Shown: positions 28,249-38,344, counted from the stretch's first letter. The stretch: DNA of 64,000 nucleotides from an uncultured Acidobacteriaceae bacterium (GCA_964236325.1 CAXSEC010000001.1:53325-117324), one strand, 5' to 3'. The notes: generated by a model not told the origin, from the letters alone. Numbers and translations: made by a program.

Positions 28249-31200
28249 TGATCCGAAAGATTGTTGATTTCGCGCTGGACAACCGCTTCATCATTCTGGT
28301 GGTCGCGATCCTGTTGTTTGGCTGGGGTGGCATCTCCTTTCACAATCTTCCGGTGGAGGCGTATCCGGACGTCGCGAACAACTACGTTAACGTGATCACG
28401 CAATGGCCTGGGCGCGCGGCCGAAGAGGTAGAGCAGCAGGTCACCATCCCGCTAGAGATTGCGATGGCGGGCATACCGCACATGCAACATCTGCGGTCGA
28501 CATCACTGGCCGGCCTGTCGAGCGTCACCATGATCTTTGATGACGAGAGCGTGAACGACTGGAACCGCGAGAAGGTGCTGGAGCGGCTCTCGCAGGTGAC
28601 CCTGCCGGCGAACCTGCAGCCACAGATTGGCACGGACTGGAGCCCGGTCGGGCAGATCTACTGGTACACGCTCGAAAGCTCAAACCCGAAGTACGACACG
28701 ATGGCGCTGAAGAGCCTGGAGGACTGGACGCTTGAGAAGAGCTTCCGCTCGGTGCCCGGCGTTGTTGATGTCTCGAGCTTTGGCGGACCGACGCGGGAGT
28801 ACCAGGTCATCCTCGATCCAGCGAAGCTGGTGTCCTACGGGCTGTCGGTGGCCCAGGTGAAGCAGCAGGTGGCGGCGAACAATGTGAATGCGGGCGGCAG
28901 CTTTATCGAGCAGGGATCGCAGCAGATCAACGTGCGCGAGGTGGGTCTGTTTACCAGCACCGCCGACATTGGCAACACCATGCTCAAGACGCAGAACGGA
29001 ACCGCTCTCAAGCTGTCGGAGATTGCGACGATCCAGCAGGGCCCCAAGATCCGTCTCGGCCAAATAGGCAAGGCCATCCGGCGCGCTGACGGCAAGTTCG
29101 TAGACAACAGCGACGCGGTGGAAGGGATTGTTCTTCTGCAGAAGGGGCAAGACTCGGACGTAACGCTGGAGGGCATCCACGCGAAGGTGAAGGAGCTGAA
29201 TGAGCGGGTGCTGCCGCAGGGTGTGCGTGTGGTGCCGTTTCTGGATCGTTCGGATCTGCTGCATCTCACGACGCATACGGTGCTGCACAACCTGACCGAG
29301 GGCATCGTCCTGGTTGTCGTCATTCTGTTCATCTTCCTGGGGAACCTTCGCGGTGCGCTGATCGTTGCCCTGACGATTCCCTTCTCGCTGCTGTTTGCCT
29401 CGATCTGTCTTGATCTCCGCCATATCCCTGCGAACCTGCTGTCCCTTGGAGCGCTGGACTTTGGCATGGTGGTGGATGGCGCGGTGGTGATGGTCGAGAA
29501 TATTGTTCGTCATCTGAGCCACGGGCGCCGCAAGGATATGACGACGCGCGAGCAGATCCGGCAGGCGGCGCACGAGGTGCAGCGGCCGGTCTTCTACGCG
29601 ATCGGCATCATTATTACGGCATACCTGCCGATCTTTACGCTGCAGTCGGTTGAAGGCCGGCTGTTCAAGCCGATGAGCTGGACGGTCGCATTTGCGCTTC
29701 TGGGCGCACTTATCTTTTCCATGCTTCTGGCGCCAGTGCTGGCCAGCTTTCTCTTCCGCAACGGCACGACGGAGTGGGAAAACCCACTGCTGCGCTGGCT
29801 TACCAATCGCTATCGCCACGCGCTAAAGTGGGCGATTGAGCATCGGCTGGTGACGGTCGGCATTGCCTCAGCCGCCCTGGTAGGCGCAATTATTCTGGTG
29901 ACGAGCGGGATCATTGGTTCAGAGTTTCTACCGCATTTGGATGAAGGGGCGATCTGGGTACGAGGCACGCTTGCTCCCTCGACCGGGCCGACGGAGAGTC
30001 TTGAAGTCGCTAACGCCGCACGCGTGAGCATCCTGCGGTTTCCCGAGGTCAAGCAGGTTGTGAGTCAGATCGGGCGGCCAGACGACGGGACGGATACGAC
30101 AGGCTTCTTCAACACAGAGTACTTCGTTGATCTAAAGCCCAAGGCGGAGTGGCGTGCTGTATTTGGCGAGAACAAAGATGAGCTGATTGGCGCGATCAAC
30201 CGGGAGCTCAGCAAGATGCCTGGGGTCATCTGGAATTTTTCGCAGCCGATCTCAGACAACGTTGAAGAGGCCGTCAGCGGCGTGAAGGGAGAGCTGGTGG
30301 TGAAGCTCTATGGCACCGACCTGAAGACTCTGGAGGAACGCGGCGACGAGATCGTTCACATCATGAGCAACATCCGCGGCGTGCATGATCTCGGCCTGTT
30401 CCGCGTGATTGGCCAACCGAACCTGAACTTCATTGTCGACCGCGCGGCAGCGGCGCGCTTCGGCATCAATGTCGCCGATATTCAGGACGCGATTGAATCG
30501 GCCGTGGGCGGCAGTGCCGTCTCGCAGGTGCTGGACGGCGAGGCGCGCTACGATGTGACGGTCCGCTACAGCCCTGCATTCCGCGCCACGCCTGAGGCGA
30601 TCTCTGACATTCGGCTGCTTTCACCCTCCGGGGAGCGCGTGTCGCTCGCCCAGTTGACCAAGCTTGAGACCGCTGATGGCGCGGAACAGATCAGCCGCGA
30701 GAATGGCATTCGCTATGTGGCGGTCAAGTACTCCGTGCGGGATCGCGATCTCGGCTCCACTGTTGAAGAGGCGATCAGTAAGGTGTCGAAGCAGGTGGCG
30801 CTGCCGCCGGGTTACAAGATCGACTGGGCGGGAGAGTACGAGAGCCAGAAACGATCCACGCGGCGGTTGCTGATCGTGCTTCCGATCACGCTGATGATTA
30901 TCTTTGTGATTCTCTACAGCATGTTTGGCTCGTTCAAGTGGGCCATGCTGATCCTGGCGAATCTGGCGATGGCTCCTATTGGCGGCCTGCTGGCTCTTCT
31001 GCTGACAGGCACCCATCTCTCGGTCTCTTCCGGCGTGGGTTTTCTTGCTCTGTTCGGGGTCTCGGTGCAGACCGGCATCATTATGCTCGAGTACATCAAC
31101 CAGATGCGTGTGGGCGGCCGGTCGATTGAGGACGCCGCGATTGAGGGTGCCGTGCTTCGTCTGCGGCCCATCATGATGACGATGCTAGTGGCTACGTTGG

Positions 31201-31385
31201 GCCTGCTGCCGGCGGCGCTCTCGCATGGCATTGGCTCCGATTCACAGCGGCCGTTTGCCATCGTGATTGTTGGCGGCCTCATCGGCGCGCTGCTGATCAG
31301 TATCTTTCTCCTTCCAACCCTTTACGTTTGGATCGCTCGAGACACGGATGTTCTTCCCGTGCCGGACATGGAGCTGGACAGCTAA
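28248..31385 (+). CDS. CusA/CzcA family heavy-metal efflux RND permease
   Basis: LPVEAYPDV, SLGALDFGMVVDGAVVMVEN, EGRLFKPM, RLRPIMMT; 1045 aa. Confidence 0.95.
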   Translation: MIRKIVDFALDNRFIILVVAILLFGWGGISFHNLPVEAYPDVANNYVNVITQWPGRAAEEVEQQVTIPLEIAMAGIPHMQHLRSTSLAGLSSVTMIFDDESVNDWNREKVLERLSQVTLPANLQPQIGTDWSPVGQIYWYTLESSNPKYDTMALKSLEDWTLEKSFRSVPGVVDVSSFGGPTREYQVILDPAKLVSYGLSVAQVKQQVAANNVNAGGSFIEQGSQQINVREVGLFTSTADIGNTMLKTQNGTALKLSEIATIQQGPKIRLGQIGKAIRRADGKFVDNSDAVEGIVLLQKGQDSDVTLEGIHAKVKELNERVLPQGVRVVPFLDRSDLLHLTTHTVLHNLTEGIVLVVVILFIFLGNLRGALIVALTIPFSLLFASICLDLRHIPANLLSLGALDFGMVVDGAVVMVENIVRHLSHGRRKDMTTREQIRQAAHEVQRPVFYAIGIIITAYLPIFTLQSVEGRLFKPMSWTVAFALLGALIFSMLLAPVLASFLFRNGTTEWENPLLRWLTNRYRHALKWAIEHRLVTVGIASAALVGAIILVTSGIIGSEFLPHLDEGAIWVRGTLAPSTGPTESLEVANAARVSILRFPEVKQVVSQIGRPDDGTDTTGFFNTEYFVDLKPKAEWRAVFGENKDELIGAINRELSKMPGVIWNFSQPISDNVEEAVSGVKGELVVKLYGTDLKTLEERGDEIVHIMSNIRGVHDLGLFRVIGQPNLNFIVDRAAAARFGINVADIQDAIESAVGGSAVSQVLDGEARYDVTVRYSPAFRATPEAISDIRLLSPSGERVSLAQLTKLETADGAEQISRENGIRYVAVKYSVRDRDLGSTVEEAISKVSKQVALPPGYKIDWAGEYESQKRSTRRLLIVLPITLMIIFVILYSMFGSFKWAMLILANLAMAPIGGLLALLLTGTHLSVSSGVGFLALFGVSVQTGIIMLEYINQMRVGGRSIEDAAIEGAVLRLRPIMMTMLVATLGLLPAALSHGIGSDSQRPFAIVIVGGLIGALLISIFLLPTLYVWIARDTDVLPVPDMELDS

Positions 31386-32809
31386 TGCGGCTACCTAAAC
31401 TATCTGCGGCTACATCGGCCTTGCTGCTCCTGATGGGCTCGAGCTCACCGATGAGCTTCGCGCAGGCGGCGAGTCCGGCCTCGCCGAATGGCGCTCCCAC
31501 GCAGGGTCTGTCAAATGGGCAAGCTGGTGTTGGCGGCCCCGCGAGTCCGGCGGTCGATACTCCCGCAAACGCGCAAGGCAGCTATCCGCTTGCGGACCAA
31601 CCGATTGCCGACCCGCGTCGCCGACCTGCATCCCGGCCAGGAGCCTTCACGCTGCAGCAGGTGGTGCAGATCGCGCGCGAGCACAATCCGACACTGCTGG
31701 CGGCGGCGGCGAGTCTGCGCGGCACGCGCGCCCAAGAGATTCAGGCAGGCGTACGGGCCAACCCGAATCTTGGCGTGGCGGCGACCAATGTTACCCTGTC
31801 GGCTCAGAACCCCTCCAGTCCGTATCAATACGCGACCCAGGTCTCTCGCTTGTTTGAGCGGGGCCAAAAGCGGAGATATCGTCTTGAGGATGCAAGGGCA
31901 ACGACCACGCAGACGGCCGAGCAGCTCGAGGACACAACACGGCAGACGATCCTGCTGGTGAAGCAGTCGTTCAGCAAGATGTTGATCTCGAAGGCTGCAC
32001 TGGAGCTCGCCAACGCAAATCTGAAGGACTACCGGCACGAGATTGATGTCGCCAACGAACGCTATAAGGCCGGCGACATCGGGTTGCTTGACTTCAAGCG
32101 ACTGGATCTCCAGCTGGGCGGGTTTGAATCTGACCAGGCAAACGCTGAGATCAATCTGCTACAGGCTTCTGACCAGTTGCAGACGCTGATGGGCGTTCCG
32201 GCGCCGGTCAGCGACTTCGACGTTGCTGGTGATATTGTTCCTCCCCCGGTGACAATCCCGGAGAGCGAGTTGACGCGGGTAGCGCTATTGGGACGGCCGG
32301 ATTATCTGGCCGCTCGCACGGCGGTAGTGGTTGCGGAGGCAGCGTCCAGGCTGGCTATCGCGAATGGAACCGCAGATCCTACGCTTGAGGGCGAATATGA
32401 TCGCTCGGGCACCTACAATTCAGCCGGTTTCAACATCAACGTACCGCTGCGGATCTTTGATCGGAACCAGGGCAACAAGCAGACGGCTGAGTATCAGGTG
32501 AGCTCGGCTCGCCTGTCAGAGACCGCCGCGCGGAATCAAGTGGTCTCTGACGTAGATCAGGCGTATGTGGGGTATACCCGCGCTCGCGCTCTGTCCGATC
32601 GTTTTGGAAATCATTATCTGGATGAGAGTACGGATGTGCTTTCGATCGCGCGCTTTGCCTTTGAGCACGGAGGCCTGGCTTTGATCGACTATCTCGACGC
32701 CTTGAGAGACTCCCGATCGTCGACGTCCGATGCGCTCAATGCATATCTGCAGACATGGATGGCCATCCATCAACTGAGCGCTTCAAGCACCCTCGAAGTG
32801 ACACCGTAA
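31385..32809 (+). CDS. TolC/CzcC family outer membrane efflux protein
   Basis: TAATG coupling to the RND gene; signal peptide; VPLRIFDRNQG and G....IDYLDA motifs. Confidence 0.9.
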   Translation: MRLPKLSAATSALLLLMGSSSPMSFAQAASPASPNGAPTQGLSNGQAGVGGPASPAVDTPANAQGSYPLADQPIADPRRRPASRPGAFTLQQVVQIAREHNPTLLAAAASLRGTRAQEIQAGVRANPNLGVAATNVTLSAQNPSSPYQYATQVSRLFERGQKRRYRLEDARATTTQTAEQLEDTTRQTILLVKQSFSKMLISKAALELANANLKDYRHEIDVANERYKAGDIGLLDFKRLDLQLGGFESDQANAEINLLQASDQLQTLMGVPAPVSDFDVAGDIVPPPVTIPESELTRVALLGRPDYLAARTAVVVAEAASRLAIANGTADPTLEGEYDRSGTYNSAGFNINVPLRIFDRNQGNKQTAEYQVSSARLSETAARNQVVSDVDQAYVGYTRARALSDRFGNHYLDESTDVLSIARFAFEHGGLALIDYLDALRDSRSSTSDALNAYLQTWMAIHQLSASSTLEVTP

Positions 32810-34374
32810 CTTTCGAGTGCAGGTCGCTCTTGAGAAGCTTTGCGGGACGGCGCTTGATGCAGTTTGAAGGCTTCAGGCCGGTTGTTCTCTTTCGTCAACT
32901 GTCTCTTTGACCCTCGCGACAGGGTTGGTTCTCGGTCGCTTATGGGCAGGCTGAAGCTGAAGACGGAGCCATGATCCACCTGGCTGGTGACGGTCAAAGA
33001 TCCATGGTGAGCGTCGATGATGGCTCGGCTGATCGCCAAACCCATGCCGGTTCCGGAGGTGTGGTTGCGCTGGGTCTGCGATCGATAGAGACGGTCGAAG
33101 ATGAGGCCCTGCTCCTCTGGCGAGATGCCAATACCGCGGTCGGCCACACTAGTCACGATGAAGCCATCTTTCTCTTCCGCTGAGAGGAAGATCGGGGAGC
33201 CCGCACCGGAGTACTTTGCTGCATTCTCCAGCAGATTGCAGATCACCTTGGCGATCATGATCCTATCCGCAACCACCTTTCGCGAGATTGGCAGGGTGAT
33301 GGTGAGCGGATGCGTAGCAGTCACCCAGGCACAGCTCTCTCGCGCCTCGGCGACGATGTCCTTCAGGTCATCGGGGGCAAAGGACATATGGACCTCCTGC
33401 GATTCGATCTGGGCCATCTCCGTGGCGCGGCTTACCAGTTGATTGAGTCGGTCTGCTTCTTCGTTAATGATGATGAGCAGCTCGTGGCGAGCTTCCGGCA
33501 GGATGTCGTTCATCTCAAGCAGCGTGCCGGTTGCGCCTTTGATGGAGGTCAAGGGGGTGCGCAGCTCGTGGGTGATGGAATCAAGAATGAGCGTGCGGAG
33601 ACTCTCGCTTCGCTTCGTCGCCTCACTGCGGGCCACGTCTTCAAGAGCTTGCGCACGATCGAGAGCGATGGATGTGAGGCCGCTGATGGCCTCGAGCGTA
33701 TCGTTCGAGAGGCGGACGCCTGTGAGTCGCAGCAAACCACGCGGACGCACGCCGACGCGTAGTGGAGCGTGAACATCTCCGTGTGGCAGCACCTCTGGCG
33801 CCACCAGCGAGAGAGCGAGTTGGCGGAGGTGCGGCAGTTCCACCGATGTGGCGCGCCGAACGCCCGCCTGATACAGCCTGTCGCCTTCGAGGAGGTACAG
33901 CGTCGAACTCTCCGCGTGAACCGCCACATTGATGAGCGTGGGCAGGGCGTTGACCAGCTCGGCCACGTTCTGTGTCTGCAGCAGCTCTCGGCTGAGTGTG
34001 AAGAGGATCTGCAGCTCACGCTGCCCGATGCGTGCCTGGTCTGCTTCGTCTCGCGCTTTTTGTGACAGTCGACTGCCCACCACACTGGTCGCCAGAAAAG
34101 CAAAGAGGGCGAGCCAGTTTTGCGGATCAGCAACGGTGAAGGAGCCTAGCGGCGGAAGAAAGTAGAAGTTGTAACACGCTGCCGAAGCCACTGCCGCGGC
34201 GACGGCGTACCGTAGACTAAACCGGGCCGCCACCAGAAGCACGAAGAGCACCAGAGTCAGGGCGACGGTGGTTGTATTAACATGCAGCCAGCGCCGGTAC
34301 AGCAGCACGATCCCGGCGAGCGCGCCGAAGGTTGTGAGCCAACGGGCTGTTATCACTGCATGACGCGAGTTCAT
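32770..34374 (-). CDS. kdpD: KdpD C-terminal half: 4-TM sensor, GAF-like region and histidine kinase
   Basis: NFYFLPPLGSFTVADP, ITHELRTPLTSI, NLLENAAKYS, DRGIG, GTGMGL. Lacks the KdpD and Usp domains and has a long C-terminal tail. Confidence 0.88.
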   Translation of the reverse strand: MNSRHAVITARWLTTFGALAGIVLLYRRWLHVNTTTVALTLVLFVLLVAARFSLRYAVAAAVASAACYNFYFLPPLGSFTVADPQNWLALFAFLATSVVGSRLSQKARDEADQARIGQRELQILFTLSRELLQTQNVAELVNALPTLINVAVHAESSTLYLLEGDRLYQAGVRRATSVELPHLRQLALSLVAPEVLPHGDVHAPLRVGVRPRGLLRLTGVRLSNDTLEAISGLTSIALDRAQALEDVARSEATKRSESLRTLILDSITHELRTPLTSIKGATGTLLEMNDILPEARHELLIIINEEADRLNQLVSRATEMAQIESQEVHMSFAPDDLKDIVAEARESCAWVTATHPLTITLPISRKVVADRIMIAKVICNLLENAAKYSGAGSPIFLSAEEKDGFIVTSVADRGIGISPEEQGLIFDRLYRSQTQRNHTSGTGMGLAISRAIIDAHHGSLTVTSQVDHGSVFSFSLPISDREPTLSRGSKRQLTKENNRPEAFKLHQAPSRKASQERPALESYGVTSRVLEALS

Positions 34375-34389
34375 GGAGCCATTCTAAGC

Positions 34390-35547
34390 TTGTCGCAACG
34401 AGAGCCAACCCCGCGCAAGAGTCCTGAAGACTGGTTGAAGACCAGCACGGATGAGGTCAGTGCGTCTGAGAAGGAGCGAGGCCGATTTAAGATCTTTCTC
34501 GGCTACGCGCCTGGTGTGGGCAAGACCTTCAGCATGCTAAGCGAGGGCATCCGCCGACGCGGACGCGGTGAGGATGTAGCGATCGGCATTGTGGAAACGC
34601 ATGGGCGCACCGGCACGGCGGAGCTGGCGCGCCAGCTGGAGCACATCGCGCAGCGCGAGGTGGAATACAAGGGCACGCTGTTTGCGGAGATGGATGTGGA
34701 CGCCATTCTGGCCCGTGCCCCGCAGGTCGCGCTGGTGGACGAACTGGCGCACACCAACATTGAAGGCAGCCGCTTTCGCAAGCGCTACGAGGACGTTCTT
34801 ATGCTGCTGGAGGCGCGCATCGATGTGCTGAGCACGATTAACATTCAGCACGTGGAAAGCCTGACGCCCAGGGTACAGGCGCTGACGGGTGTCACGATCC
34901 GAGAGCAGGTGCCGGACTGGGTACTGGACCGTGCGGATGAGATCGTAATCAGCGACGTTACGCCCGAGGCGCTGGTGACGCGGATGCGGCGCGGCGACAT
35001 CTACCCGGCCGAGCGTGTGGAGCGCTCGTTGACCAACTTCTTTCGCCGTGGAAATTTGATCGTACTGCGAGAGATGGCACTGCAACGCGTGACGCGAGCC
35101 GTGGATCGCACGCTTGACGAATACGTGAAGCGTAAGAACCTGGGACCGCATTGGGCCGTGGCAGAGAAGGTTGCGGTGTGCATCAGCTCAGGCACACAGG
35201 CGCGTGATCTGATTGCGCGCGGTGCGCGGCTCGCGGAGGCTCTTGACGCCGAGTTCTTTGTGCTGCATGTCGCGGACAAGCGCGATGTGAACGACGATCG
35301 CCGGCGTACGCTTGAGAGCAGCCTGGCGTTTGCGACGCATCTGGGCGCGGTGATCGTTAATCTGCCGGGCGGGGACACGCCGCGCACGACGGCGAGTTTC
35401 ATCTGCGAGCATCGCATCACGCAGGCGATCGTTGGACGATCGGCGACGCACGGTCTTCGATCCTACCTTTACTATCTTTCGTTGCAGAAGTTCATGTCGG
35501 CCGCTCCGCATGTTGATCTGCACATCGTCACGCAGGAGGGACATTGA
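34390..35547 (+). CDS. kdpD: KdpD N-terminal half: KdpD domain plus Usp domain
   Basis: GRFKIFLGYAPGVGKT, VETHGR, LVDELAHTN, NIQHVESL, NFFRRGNL..LREMAL; no TM or kinase domain; TTG start inferred. Confidence 0.9.
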   Translation: MSQREPTPRKSPEDWLKTSTDEVSASEKERGRFKIFLGYAPGVGKTFSMLSEGIRRRGRGEDVAIGIVETHGRTGTAELARQLEHIAQREVEYKGTLFAEMDVDAILARAPQVALVDELAHTNIEGSRFRKRYEDVLMLLEARIDVLSTINIQHVESLTPRVQALTGVTIREQVPDWVLDRADEIVISDVTPEALVTRMRRGDIYPAERVERSLTNFFRRGNLIVLREMALQRVTRAVDRTLDEYVKRKNLGPHWAVAEKVAVCISSGTQARDLIARGARLAEALDAEFFVLHVADKRDVNDDRRRTLESSLAFATHLGAVIVNLPGGDTPRTTASFICEHRITQAIVGRSATHGLRSYLYYLSLQKFMSAAPHVDLHIVTQEGH

Positions 35548-36248
35548 AGCGCGTTCTTGTGGTCGATGATGAGCGCCAGATCACGCGTATGCTGCGCACA
35601 TCGCTCCAGGCCGCCGGCTATGTCGTCGAGGTTGCGGGCAACGGGATGGAGGCCTTTGAGAAGTTCGAGGCATCACGACCTGACCTGGTGATTACGGACC
35701 TGGTGATGCCCGAGATGAACGGGCTTGATCTCACGCGGGCGATCCGGCGGCTAGCAGAGACACCGATCATCGTGCTGAGCGTGCGGGACGCCGACGCCAT
35801 GAAGGTGACGGCGCTCGACGATGGTGCGGACGACTACCTGACCAAGCCCTTCAGCATGCCGGAATTGCTGGCACGTGTGCGCTCTCACCTGCGCAAGACG
35901 CCAGCGATCAGTCCGATGTCGCCTCTCGTAGCTATCGGTGACTTTGTAATCGATACGGATGCGCACATGGTTGCGGTCACTGGAGTGACGGTGCACCTGA
36001 CGCCGAAGGAGTTTGATCTGCTGGTGTTGTTTGCGCGCAATCCTGAGCGGGCGCTGACGCATAAGGTGCTCCTACGCGGCGTGTGGGGGCGGGCCGGAGA
36101 GGACCAGCCAGACTATCTGCGTGTGCTGGTCGCGCAGCTCCGGAAGAAGGTGGAGGGTGGGTCGATCCCGCGGTATATTGTGAGCGAACCATGGGTGGGG
36201 TATCGCTTTCACCCGGCAGGGGATGGCGCCAAACTTACGGCTTCTTAA
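35544..36248 (+). CDS. kdpE: KdpE response regulator (OmpR family)
   Basis: ALDDGADDYLTKPF, HLTPKEF, YLRV.VAQLRKK, EPWVGYRF; located in the kdp locus. Confidence 0.92.
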   Translation: MKRVLVVDDERQITRMLRTSLQAAGYVVEVAGNGMEAFEKFEASRPDLVITDLVMPEMNGLDLTRAIRRLAETPIIVLSVRDADAMKVTALDDGADDYLTKPFSMPELLARVRSHLRKTPAISPMSPLVAIGDFVIDTDAHMVAVTGVTVHLTPKEFDLLVLFARNPERALTHKVLLRGVWGRAGEDQPDYLRVLVAQLRKKVEGGSIPRYIVSEPWVGYRFHPAGDGAKLTAS

Positions 36249-36273
36249 CGGGCTCTCTACGGACTTCATACGG
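36234..36273 (+). promoter_or_regulatory. Four 11-bp-phased direct repeats, putative KdpE binding array
   Basis: CTTACGG, TTAACGG, TCTACGG and CATACGG, with ACGG at 36237, 36248, 36259 and 36270, upstream of the kdp operon. Confidence 0.65.
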
Positions 36274-36397
36274 GCCTAGCTTCTGTAATAGATGAAGCCG
36301 AGGTGTGTGGTTTGCGCGCCGCCTCCGACCTGGTGCAGGGCGTACTTATTTCATCGCCGCGCCTCCTGTTAGCCCGCGCTCGTACCTGGAGTCTCTA

Positions 36398-36493
36398 ATG
36401 GACCTTATCTCGCTTGTGATCGTTGCTCTTCTGTTCGGCTTGAGTCTCGCGTACGCGCGTGGCTGTGACCGCCTGAAGGGAGATCGTCCATGA
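36398..36493 (+). CDS. 31-aa single-TM peptide preceding kdpF
   Basis: MDLISLVIVALLFGLSLAYARGCDRLKGDRP; RBS GGAG; ATGA overlap with kdpF. Confidence 0.7.
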   Translation: MDLISLVIVALLFGLSLAYARGCDRLKGDRP

Positions 36494-36576
36494 TCCTCAA
36501 CGCCGTGCTGCTGGTGCTGTCCGCGCTCCTGATGATCTATCTCGTTTATGCCCTGTTGCGGCCGGAGAAATTCTAA
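36490..36576 (+). CDS. kdpF: K+-transporting ATPase subunit F
   Basis: MILNAVLLVLSALLMIYLVYALLRPEKF carries the YL.YALLRPE.F signature; absent from the supplied ORF track. Confidence 0.92.
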   Translation: MILNAVLLVLSALLMIYLVYALLRPEKF

Positions 36577-36580
36577 CGTC

Positions 36581-38344
36581 ATGACTCTGAACGGTTGGCT
36601 GCAGATCATTTCTTTTATGGCAGTGGTGCTGCTGCTCGCAAGACCTATGGGAACGTACATGACGGCGGTGTTTGAACGCCGCAGAACGTTTCTTGATTCT
36701 GTGTTGGTACCGTGCGAACGTCTGCTGTATCGCATGACGGCTATTAATGCTGCGGAGGAGATGCGCTGGACGGAGTACGCCGTAGCGATGCTCGTCTTTA
36801 GCGCGTCCACGCTGTTACTCACCTACGGGATCGAGCGTCTGCAACGCTTCCTGCCGCTCAATCCGCAACACCTGCCCGGTGTTGAAGCCGCACTTGCACT
36901 CAACACCGCGATCTCGTTTACCACAAACACGAACTGGCAGTCTTATGTGCCCGAATCGACCATGAGCTACCTGACCCAAATGCTGGGGTTGGTGACGCAT
37001 AACTTCTGGTCGGCGGCAGTGGGTCTGGCGCTTGCTATCGCGTTCGTGCGCGGCATTGCGCGTCGCGAGATGAAGACCCTGGGAAATTTCTGGGTTGACC
37101 TGACGCGTGGCACGCTGTGGGTGCTGCTGCCTCTCTCCATCGTCTTTGCGCTGGCGCTGGTGTCACAGGGTGTGGTGCAGAACCTGCGACCGTACGACAT
37201 GGTCAAGCTGCTTGAGCCACAGGCGGTCACGGGCGCGGATGGCAAGCCTGCAACGATCACGACGCAGACGATCGCGCAGGGGCCGGTGGCCTCACAGGAG
37301 GCCATCAAGATGCTTGGGACCAACGGGGGCGGCTTCTTCAACACAAACAGCGCTCATCCGTTTGAAAATCCTACGCCGCTCAGCAACTTCCTGCAGATGC
37401 TGTCGATCTTCCTTATTCCCGCGGGGCTGTGTATCACGCTGGGACAGATGGTGAAGTCTCCCAAGCATGGCTGGGCGGTGCTTGCGGCCATGGTCGTGTT
37501 GTGGTTTGCGGGAACGCTGACCACCTACTGGGCGGAGTCGCACGCCACGTCTGCGCTGCACAATGCGAACACCCAAGTGTCACCACTACAAGCCGGCGGC
37601 AACATGGAAGGAAAAGAGGTTCGGTTCGGGATCGCCAACTCCGCTCTGTTTGCGACGGTGACGACGGATGCGAGTTGCGGCGCGGTCAATGGAATGCTGG
37701 ACAGCTTTACACCGCTTGGCGGCATGGTGCCGATGATCAACATCCTGCTGGGGGAGGTTGTCTTTGGCGGGGTGGGCGCGGGGCTGTACGGGATGCTCAT
37801 CTTCGTTGTGATGGCGGTTTTTATTGCAGGCCTCATGGTTGGGCGGACGCCGGAGTACCTGGGCAAGAAGATTGAAGCGTTTGATGTGCAGATGGCGATG
37901 CTGTATCTACTGATCTTCCCGTTGATCATTCTTGGCTTCGCGGCGGTGACGGTGCTGATGCCAAATCTGGGGCTAAGCAGCCTGGCTAACCACGGACCGC
38001 ATGGGCTTAGCGAGATCCTCTACGCGTACACCTCGGCAACCGGCAACAACGGTTCGGCCTTCTCCGGTCTTAACGCGAACACTCACTGGTACAACTACTC
38101 GCTTGCGATCGCCATGTTCAGCGGCCGCTTCCTGATGATCATCCCAATGCTTGCCATCGCGGGCAACCTCGCCGGCAAGAAGATAGCCCCGGCCACAGCT
38201 GGCACCTTTCCGGTGACGACGCCATTGTTTACCGCGCTGCTGACAGGCGTGATTGTCGTTGTGGGCGCGCTGACCTTCTTCCCTGTGCTTGCGCTGGGGC
38301 CGGTGCTGGAGCACCTGCTGATGCGTGCCGGCCAACTCTTCTAA
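36581..38344 (+). CDS. kdpA: K+-transporting ATPase subunit A
   Basis: [33 protein letters not shown]. Confidence 0.97.
   Translation: MTLNGWLQIISFMAVVLLLARPMGTYMTAVFERRRTFLDSVLVPCERLLYRMTAINAAEEMRWTEYAVAMLVFSASTLLLTYGIERLQRFLPLNPQHLPGVEAALALNTAISFTTNTNWQSYVPESTMSYLTQMLGLVTHNFWSAAVGLALAIAFVRGIARREMKTLGNFWVDLTRGTLWVLLPLSIVFALALVSQGVVQNLRPYDMVKLLEPQAVTGADGKPATITTQTIAQGPVASQEAIKMLGTNGGGFFNTNSAHPFENPTPLSNFLQMLSIFLIPAGLCITLGQMVKSPKHGWAVLAAMVVLWFAGTLTTYWAESHATSALHNANTQVSPLQAGGNMEGKEVRFGIANSALFATVTTDASCGAVNGMLDSFTPLGGMVPMINILLGEVVFGGVGAGLYGMLIFVVMAVFIAGLMVGRTPEYLGKKIEAFDVQMAMLYLLIFPLIILGFAAVTVLMPNLGLSSLANHGPHGLSEILYAYTSATGNNGSAFSGLNANTHWYNYSLAIAMFSGRFLMIIPMLAIAGNLAGKKIAPATAGTFPVTTPLFTALLTGVIVVVGALTFFPVLALGPVLEHLLMRAGQLF

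Noticed and set aside
28680-29819. Long antisense ORFs (also 26066-27121, 8861-9772, 11740-12624, 61307-62119)
   Set aside because: Shadow frames of GC-rich genes with no recognisable motifs.
36290-36397. c-di-AMP (ydaO) riboswitch before the kdp operon
   Set aside because: Conserved ydaO sequence blocks are not recognisable; only a short GATGAA/TTCATC pairing is present.
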